A DNA stretch of 64,000 bases from a virus (Duplodnaviria > Caudoviricetes): the IMG/VR virus record IMGVR_UViG_3300025362_000477; one strand, 5' to 3'. The notes beneath the pieces were generated by a model, which worked only from the letters and a program-made list of their open reading frames with translations, was not told the DNA's origin and did not search any database. A program made the translations under genes and the position numbers. This document shows positions 58,000 through 64,000 of the stretch, in pieces (position 1 is the first letter of the stretch; every line of letters begins with the position of its first letter).

Positions 58000-59219
58000 T
58001 GAAAAAAATAACAATTAATTTTAAAGATTTGTTTGATATCTATTCAATATCAGATAAATCCAATGATGTTCATGAATTATCAAAAAAGATTTTTGTAAAA
58101 GATCCAAGTGGTAAATTGGTACCTGTTAGAGGTATCATTAAAAAAACCGATGTGGATATGTGTAAATTTACAACAGAAAATAATATATCTCGAAAAATGG
58201 CATATGGGCATTTACTAAAATGCACAACTGGTTTTAAACAATTAAAAGATATAGATAATAATGATGATATTTATATTTATAATAATCAATCTACGAAGAT
58301 TAAATCAATAGAACCGTGTAACGATATTGATGTTGCTTATGATATTTCTTTAGATGCACCCCATGAATATGTTACACCTGATAATTTAATTCATCATAAT
58401 ACAACAATAGCCAGAATCATTGTTGATGCATTGATTCAAAATGATTCTGATGTGTTAGTAATGAATGGATCCGATAATACTGGTGTTGAATCTATGCGAA
58501 CAACAGTAGCTGGATTCTTAAAATCACCGCCATATCAGGCTAAATTGAAGATTGTATATATTGATGAATTTGATTACACAACTCAGAATGCTCAAGCGGT
58601 TTTGCGTAATATGATGGAAGCATATTCTTCAACGGGTAGATTTATAATAACCGGCAATTACTGGTCTAAGGTAATGGAACCAATTCAATCTCGATTCACA
58701 TTATATGAGATGAAGACCTTACCAAAGGAATTTGTAATTGAATATGCAAAGAATATTCTTACTAAAGAGAAAGTAGAATTTGATGAACAGTCTGTTGAAT
58801 TAATCGTTACTAGTTTATTACCTGATGTGCGAAAAGTTGTAAATACTTTGCAAAAAAATACAATTAATAAGAAACTAAAGAAGATTGATGTAAATACTAT
58901 TATCAGTAATGAAAAGAAAATTAGTGGCTTGTTGGTTCAAATAGGTGAACAGATGGGTAGTGCTTCAGAAAAAGCAACTATTAATAGAAACATACCTCAG
59001 ATAACGGAGTTATTAAATACTGGATCAGAACCAGACTATCTCCATATCTATCAGACATTGTTTTTTCATCCAGAGTTACCAGCATGGGCTAAGATTAAAG
59101 TAAATGAATATTCAAATAAGCATAATTCATGTGTAAATCCAGTTAGTCATTTCATGGCAATGGTATATGATGTAGTTCAATCTGGTATGACATTCTTTAA
59201 TTTATTTGGCAAAAAATAA
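57999..59219 (+). CDS. 134-aa C-intein + clamp loader AAA+ subunit C-terminal part
   Basis: AYDISLDAPHEYVTPDNLIHHN|TTIARII, MNGSD, IVYIDEFD, AQAVLRNMME, FIITGN, PIQSRF. Confidence 0.92.
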   Translation: MKKITINFKDLFDIYSISDKSNDVHELSKKIFVKDPSGKLVPVRGIIKKTDVDMCKFTTENNISRKMAYGHLLKCTTGFKQLKDIDNNDDIYIYNNQSTKIKSIEPCNDIDVAYDISLDAPHEYVTPDNLIHHNTTIARIIVDALIQNDSDVLVMNGSDNTGVESMRTTVAGFLKSPPYQAKLKIVYIDEFDYTTQNAQAVLRNMMEAYSSTGRFIITGNYWSKVMEPIQSRFTLYEMKTLPKEFVIEYAKNILTKEKVEFDEQSVELIVTSLLPDVRKVVNTLQKNTINKKLKKIDVNTIISNEKKISGLLVQIGEQMGSASEKATINRNIPQITELLNTGSEPDYLHIYQTLFFHPELPAWAKIKVNEYSNKHNSCVNPVSHFMAMVYDVVQSGMTFFNLFGKK

Positions 59220-59255
59220 AAAGGGGAGAGTGAATTAACACTCATCCCCTTTTTT
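59219..59255. terminator. bidirectional intrinsic terminator
   Basis: AAAAGGGGAGAGTG-AATTAA-CACTCATCCCCTTTTTT between convergent genes. Confidence 0.75.
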
Positions 59256-59261
59256 AAAATT

Positions 59262-59738
59262 CTAAGTGTTTATTTTTTTGGCCCATCCTTGGGCCGTTTT
59301 AATCCACCACTTAGAATTTGGAGGGCACCACCGTCTAGCAAAGGACACTAGTCCTTTACCTCGATATCTACTCTTGATAGTGCCCGCAGCCCATTCAGCT
59401 TGTAGGCGGAGGGATTTTTTGAAATTCCCTGCATACCTCTTCGCTGGATGGTTTTTAGTACCATCACCGACACCAAACTGCATGCCATTAGATGGGAATG
59501 GCTTTCCATTCTTGTCATATCGGGTATGTTTTCCATACTCATTTATTCTAAGCATACCAGAATTTTCCATTCGACGGGTTATGAATAACAACTCCGTTTC
59601 GATTGGAGTTAATTCATACTGTCTCGCTACTTGCGAGATAATATTCACTTCCGATTGTGGGAAGTGGTTTAGATACTTTTCGTGACTTGCTTCACATAAC
59701 AATGTGAAACATATCATTCCGAGGATCATTATTTTCAT
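59262..59738 (-). CDS. putative secreted lysozyme-like protein
   Basis: Signal peptide; RRMEN..., QFGV, QAEWAAGTI, FARRWCP pattern. Confidence 0.45.
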   Translation of the reverse strand: MKIMILGMICFTLLCEASHEKYLNHFPQSEVNIISQVARQYELTPIETELLFITRRMENSGMLRINEYGKHTRYDKNGKPFPSNGMQFGVGDGTKNHPAKRYAGNFKKSLRLQAEWAAGTIKSRYRGKGLVSFARRWCPPNSKWWIKTAQGWAKKINT

Positions 59739-59760
59739 ACTTTTCCTTTTTAGGGATTAG

Positions 59761-59791
59761 GGGAATTGGTATCCACTCGGATACCATTCCC
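59761..59791 (-). terminator. hairpin between the two leftward genes
   Basis: GGGAAT-T-GGTATCC-ACTC-GGATACC-ATTCCC. Confidence 0.55.
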
Positions 59792-59798
59792 ATCTTCA

Positions 59799-60281
59799 CT
59801 AACACTCCTGTAAAGTTCCATCCACAATAATGTGGGGTATTGGATACCATACAGAAATATCATTTGACATTACTGGTTTGCCACCGCTGTCATAGTTAAC
59901 AGCAAGTGTTATATGGGAAGTGTTGTTAATGGTATGAAAATTACCATATGTCACTTCCGCTTTCACGGCAATGACTTTTCCATCAATCCCACCAATATGA
60001 GTGACGGCAAATCCGATGTCCGCACCTTTCGATACATGAGACATTGGACCATCACATATGCCGCCCATGTTAACAGTAACATGATGACACATGGTAGTCC
60101 AATCTACTACATCTATTCGATCTAGTATTTCTCTTAATTTCTTAATGGACTTAATGTCCATAACGATCGCAGTATACATAATCAAAATCCTTGATATAAG
60201 TACTTTCTGAATAGAAAGATTATCCTTATACATGAGTAAATATATATAGTAATTAAAATCCATCTTTATAAAATAGATCAA
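59799..60281 (-). CDS. 2H phosphoesterase
   Basis: Two HxT motifs (HHVT, SHITLA). Likely start MYTAIV at 60179. Confidence 0.72.
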   Translation of the reverse strand: MIYFIKMDFNYYIYLLMYKDNLSIQKVLISRILIMYTAIVMDIKSIKKLREILDRIDVVDWTTMCHHVTVNMGGICDGPMSHVSKGADIGFAVTHIGGIDGKVIAVKAEVTYGNFHTINNTSHITLAVNYDSGGKPVMSNDISVWYPIPHIIVDGTLQEC

Positions 60282-60362
60282 ATTAATACATATATATAGT
60301 AATGCTGATTATTAGTCGACTATTTAAACCGATTTAGTATTTTTAAAATAGGAATAAAAAAT

Positions 60363-61346
60363 ATGGACATAGATAAACTCAAACACATTCTTATAGAAAA
60401 TAAAATATACGTTTCTAAAAATTCAAAAAATATCATATGTAAATGCCCGTACTGTGGTGACCATCCAGATCCTAATAAAAAAGGACATTTATATGTATCA
60501 ATAAATTCATCATTGCCGGTTGCTCATTGTTGGTTTTGCAATGGTGCTTGGTCGATTCCTCTTCTTATTAAAGACTTGACTGGTGATAAACTCCTATATA
60601 AAGAAGTTATTAGTGATGAAGAACTTCAAAGTTCATATCAAAAAACTAAACGATATTCTGCTAAAAAACGAACTACTATTTATAAAGTCCCAGATATTTC
60701 CAAAGATAAATTTTCAGAAAAGAAAATGTATATTCGAAAAAGAACAGGAAATAAAGTGACAGCAGAAGAAGTTCCGAATCTGATTTTAAACCTTATAGAA
60801 TTTATTCATATGAATAATTTAGATATCATTGGGGAAGGGAAATTGATATCTGATTGGGAAGCTGATTTATTACATAGAAACTTTGTTTTCTTTTTGAGTG
60901 CCAATCATTCTTTATTGTACTGTAGAAGTATTGATGATAATGCAAAATTTAAATTTAAGAAGATTCCGTTACAAAGTGACCCATTATTATTACTGGATTA
61001 TTGGAAAATTCCTATGTGTGAATACGGAAATACAATAGTCTTATCAGAGGGAAATTTCGATATTTTAAGTGAATATGGATTTGATTCATTAGGATTAAAA
61101 GATAATGTAAGATTGTTTGCAAGCGGAAATACTTTCTCATATGGCTCTTTAATTAAATCAGTTTGTTATGATGAGAGTATTTATAAGGCAGATGTGATAA
61201 TTTTGAGCGATACTGATAAACCTGGTTATTGGTATAAAAAGATGTTGCGAGAGAATAGTCATATAATTAAAAGTTGTAAAATTTACATGAATAAAAGAGG
61301 GAAAGATTTTGGTGTATTTCCACCAATTCCCAGTCAGATTATTTAA
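60363..61346 (+). CDS. DNA primase-like protein (zinc finger + TOPRIM)
   Basis: CPYCGD...HCWFC zinc finger, LSEGNFD, ILSDTD. Confidence 0.8.
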   Translation: MDIDKLKHILIENKIYVSKNSKNIICKCPYCGDHPDPNKKGHLYVSINSSLPVAHCWFCNGAWSIPLLIKDLTGDKLLYKEVISDEELQSSYQKTKRYSAKKRTTIYKVPDISKDKFSEKKMYIRKRTGNKVTAEEVPNLILNLIEFIHMNNLDIIGEGKLISDWEADLLHRNFVFFLSANHSLLYCRSIDDNAKFKFKKIPLQSDPLLLLDYWKIPMCEYGNTIVLSEGNFDILSEYGFDSLGLKDNVRLFASGNTFSYGSLIKSVCYDESIYKADVIILSDTDKPGYWYKKMLRENSHIIKSCKIYMNKRGKDFGVFPPIPSQII

Positions 61347-61414
61347 AAAGATACCGTTGGTTACTTCTAGAATAAATTAAAACTACAAATTATAATTATT
61401 TTGGAGGTCTAAAA

Positions 61415-61768
61415 ATGGCAATCTCACAACTTAAAGCAGTGATTCGATTATATCAAGAGGTTATCTCAAATGGTATCACCGTAGATGAGAATCAATCAAT
61501 TGATGAAATTACTACGTCCTGTGAGAAAAAAGGCCAATTTATTTTCAGAGGTGATTCTTATTGGAGTTTCGTTCAAACTAAAAAGGATGGAAAAAAATGT
61601 ATTAGAATGATTTTCGCTCTGAAAGAAAATGCAGGAGGTAAGGTTCAAAATATTGATCGGATTATAGAATTGATGGATAATATTGAACATATTTTAATTT
61701 TTATAGATCATGTAAAAATCATTAAAAAGGGTGGTTTTATTTATCTTGATGCTATTAAATTCATATAA
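61415..61768 (+). CDS. hypothetical protein
   Basis: GGAGG RBS; co-oriented. Confidence 0.65.
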   Translation: MAISQLKAVIRLYQEVISNGITVDENQSIDEITTSCEKKGQFIFRGDSYWSFVQTKKDGKKCIRMIFALKENAGGKVQNIDRIIELMDNIEHILIFIDHVKIIKKGGFIYLDAIKFI

Positions 61769-61788
61769 TAAAAAAGGAAAAAATAACT

Positions 61789-62562
61789 ATGTCAACTGAA
61801 ACTGATTACCAACTCACTATAAGTCGTGATGACTTTTCAAAATTTTTAACTCTTTTGAAAGTTTTTGAAAATTATTGTAGTGATTGTGATATCCAAAATG
61901 GAATGATAAGATGTAGGATTAATGATCGTCAAGCTATCATATCAATGAATCTAGTCTCTATTCTTGAAAATAATTCAATGCAATGGAGTTTGATGAAGAA
62001 TAAAATCGGTCTATTGAAAGCATTTGAATTGGATGATAATGTACAAATGGAAGATAAAACTATTAATATCCATTGTAATGAAAGTAACTATGAATTCATT
62101 GATCCACTTTCAAAAATCATATTCCGTAAGCCGGTTCAGAAATATATTGATAATAAATTTATTATTGATTCAGAATTTAATGGGATGATTAGCTGTCAAG
62201 AAGAGAATCTATTGTTCTCTTATGATATTAATAACTATCTCAAAAAGAGAATGTCTAATGTTGTTCAGGGTTTCCAGAGCGATATTTTGAAATGTAAAAT
62301 CATTGAGAATAATGGTAATCTAACGGCAGAAACTAGAAATCATGAAGATTCTTGTAATTTTGCTAGTAATATTATTCTCAATCGTGAAGTTGCAGACTGT
62401 GAATTTAAAATGATTGCTATGCCATTTCTATTGGATGTTGCATCTGATATGAAATTGAGTGTATACCAGGTATCTAATGATGTATTCCTGTGTCGCTTTG
62501 ATCAGTCATTTTATGGAGTTCCTATTAATATTTATACACAGGTGAAAGTGACTTCTCTGTAA
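61789..62562 (+). CDS. sliding clamp (gp45/PCNA-like)
   Basis: 257 aa, alternating beta/alpha pattern, replication-gene context; no diagnostic motif. Confidence 0.55.
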   Translation: MSTETDYQLTISRDDFSKFLTLLKVFENYCSDCDIQNGMIRCRINDRQAIISMNLVSILENNSMQWSLMKNKIGLLKAFELDDNVQMEDKTINIHCNESNYEFIDPLSKIIFRKPVQKYIDNKFIIDSEFNGMISCQEENLLFSYDINNYLKKRMSNVVQGFQSDILKCKIIENNGNLTAETRNHEDSCNFASNIILNREVADCEFKMIAMPFLLDVASDMKLSVYQVSNDVFLCRFDQSFYGVPINIYTQVKVTSL

Positions 62563-62598
62563 ATGGAACTATATATCAATAATTAAGGAGATAATAAA

Positions 62599-64000
62599 AT
62601 GAATATTGATAATACATGGAATTCTGGTCCTGGCAGATACATGGTAGCAGGCGCTGATTGCATGGTATCATTACTAGGTAATTTCATTGATAAGCATAGT
62701 GATGGTGAATTCTTTAAAGACCCAGAAGTAGCCAATTTTCTAGAAAATTCTATAGATAAATACCTCTATAGTTTTGGTACTGGTTTATCATATAAGACTC
62801 GAAAGATGTCAAAGAAGCATTCTGAAAAGATTGCTAGGGAAGTTAGAAAAATATCTTCTCGTCCATTTATGAAGAATACTAAACTTTATATTGATAGTGG
62901 TGGATTTCAGGTGGCTATGGGAGCTGTTGAAACAAAGGATATGCCTAAATTTATTGAAACATATCATAAATTCATTACTGAAAATCATGAATCTTTTAGT
63001 TATGCTTTTAGTTTGGATTTACCACCTGGACCATCAAGTGCGTCTCAGATATTTGATTCTTATCAGCAAATTGAAGATTTGAATCGTTTATCATATCGGA
63101 CTAGTGCTAATCTGCCACAAAATATTAAAGATAAAATGATTTATATTCATCATTTCAGAACTCCATCTCTATATGATACATGGTCAAAATTTCTATGGGA
63201 AGAGGGGATGGCTGATGGTTTTAAGAATTTCGCAACTGGTGGTTTGGTAGCAAATCTCGCAACAGATATGACTATACCTGTTATTATTTATAGTATCCCC
63301 CTTTCGGAGATTCTGAAATATGCAATGAGTAGAGGCATGAAAGAATTTAATTTTCATGTCTTGGGTGGGGCTAATTTTATTGATGTGTTTTATCATAAGC
63401 TTTTTTCTTATCATATTAAACGTGTTCATGACGTAAAAGTCAACATTACCTATGACTCAAGTGCCATCTTTAAAGCACTTGCAGTAGGGCGTTTCGTACC
63501 AGTATTCAAGCGTGATGGTACTTTAGTTAAGATGGATCTTAGAAGTAATAATCTGCATCTGAGATTTGATGGGATGGATACTGTTAATGATACTGTTTAT
63601 AAATTATTAAATGATATTGCTGATCATTATAATTTCAAAAGATTAAATCCAGAAGATCATCCAATATATAATTCTGAGACTGGAACATTAACTAGATCAG
63701 TTCATATGTATTTAATATGTTATATGCTTCGAATTTATAGACATTTAGAATTAATATCAGAAGATTTTATTGATGGAGTTTATCCTTTATATGAACAAGG
63801 TAAGATTCAAGATTTTGATAATAAGTGTTATCAATTAGCTCAAAAATTTAATCAGGGAAAAAATACTAAAAAACAAAAAGCTAAAATTTCTAGCATCTAT
63901 CGGTCATTAGGTATTTTAACTGATCTTGATAGGGATTATAATAAATTTCTTATTCATAAGTTTATGTCTAATGATGATATTTCAATTATGGCTGATGGCG
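62599..64000 (+). CDS. TGT/DpdA-like guanine transglycosylase, 3'-truncated by the window edge (not in ORF track)
   Basis: AAGGAG RBS, ATG at 62599, frame open to the window end; LYIDSGGFQ (62893..62910 = DSGGFQ), LDLPP, FHVLGG, YDSS. Confidence 0.75.
   Translation, partial: MNIDNTWNSGPGRYMVAGADCMVSLLGNFIDKHSDGEFFKDPEVANFLENSIDKYLYSFGTGLSYKTRKMSKKHSEKIAREVRKISSRPFMKNTKLYIDSGGFQVAMGAVETKDMPKFIETYHKFITENHESFSYAFSLDLPPGPSSASQIFDSYQQIEDLNRLSYRTSANLPQNIKDKMIYIHHFRTPSLYDTWSKFLWEEGMADGFKNFATGGLVANLATDMTIPVIIYSIPLSEILKYAMSRGMKEFNFHVLGGANFIDVFYHKLFSYHIKRVHDVKVNITYDSSAIFKALAVGRFVPVFKRDGTLVKMDLRSNNLHLRFDGMDTVNDTVYKLLNDIADHYNFKRLNPEDHPIYNSETGTLTRSVHMYLICYMLRIYRHLELISEDFIDGVYPLYEQGKIQDFDNKCYQLAQKFNQGKNTKKQKAKISSIYRSLGILTDLDRDYNKFLIHKFMSNDDISIMADG

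Noticed and set aside
59266-60125. ORFs 59266..59685, 59348..59542, 59913..60125
   Set aside because: Antisense or off-frame to the signal-peptide gene and the 2H gene.
62891-63429. Tracked ORFs 62891..63082 and 63193..63429
   Set aside because: They overlap the long TGT-like frame starting at 62599.
1-64000. Stop-codon reassignment
   Set aside because: Long conserved genes (polB, thyX, recA-like) are intact in the standard code, and the breaks found have specific explanations.
1-64000. tRNA, rRNA or integrase genes
   Set aside because: No T-loop/cloverleaf or tyrosine-recombinase motif noticed by eye; tRNAscan-SE and HMM searches would be needed to exclude them.

Overview
AT-rich 64-kb segment of a large tailed dsDNA bacteriophage (T4-like myovirus/jumbo type), standard genetic code. 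Layout: a short rightward nucleotide-metabolism block (1-4.4 kb), a long leftward block (4.4-48.9 kb) and a rightward replication block (49.4-64 kb). The leftward block carries an amidase endolysin, secreted accessory proteins, tail fibre/baseplate/neck genes, RecA-like and actin-like proteins, class II RNR, ThyX, a 5'-3' exonuclease and QueC. The rightward block carries PolB, a GMP-reductase-like enzyme, clamp loader, primase, clamp and a TGT/DpdA-like gene that runs off the window. Eight full-length homing-endonuclease-like ORFs are present. Two of them sit inside fractured genes joined by split inteins: NrdJ (109+37 aa intein halves) and the clamp loader (atypical 14+134 aa halves). The most unexpected structure is a GC-richer array at about 45.6-47.7 kb of seven short genes separated by integron attC-like sites with exact R''/L''/L'/R' spacing and extrahelical bases. 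Every gene is inverted relative to its site, some start codons lie inside the attC loops, and no integrase is present in the window. All product calls come from motifs recognised by eye; no database search or folding program was run.
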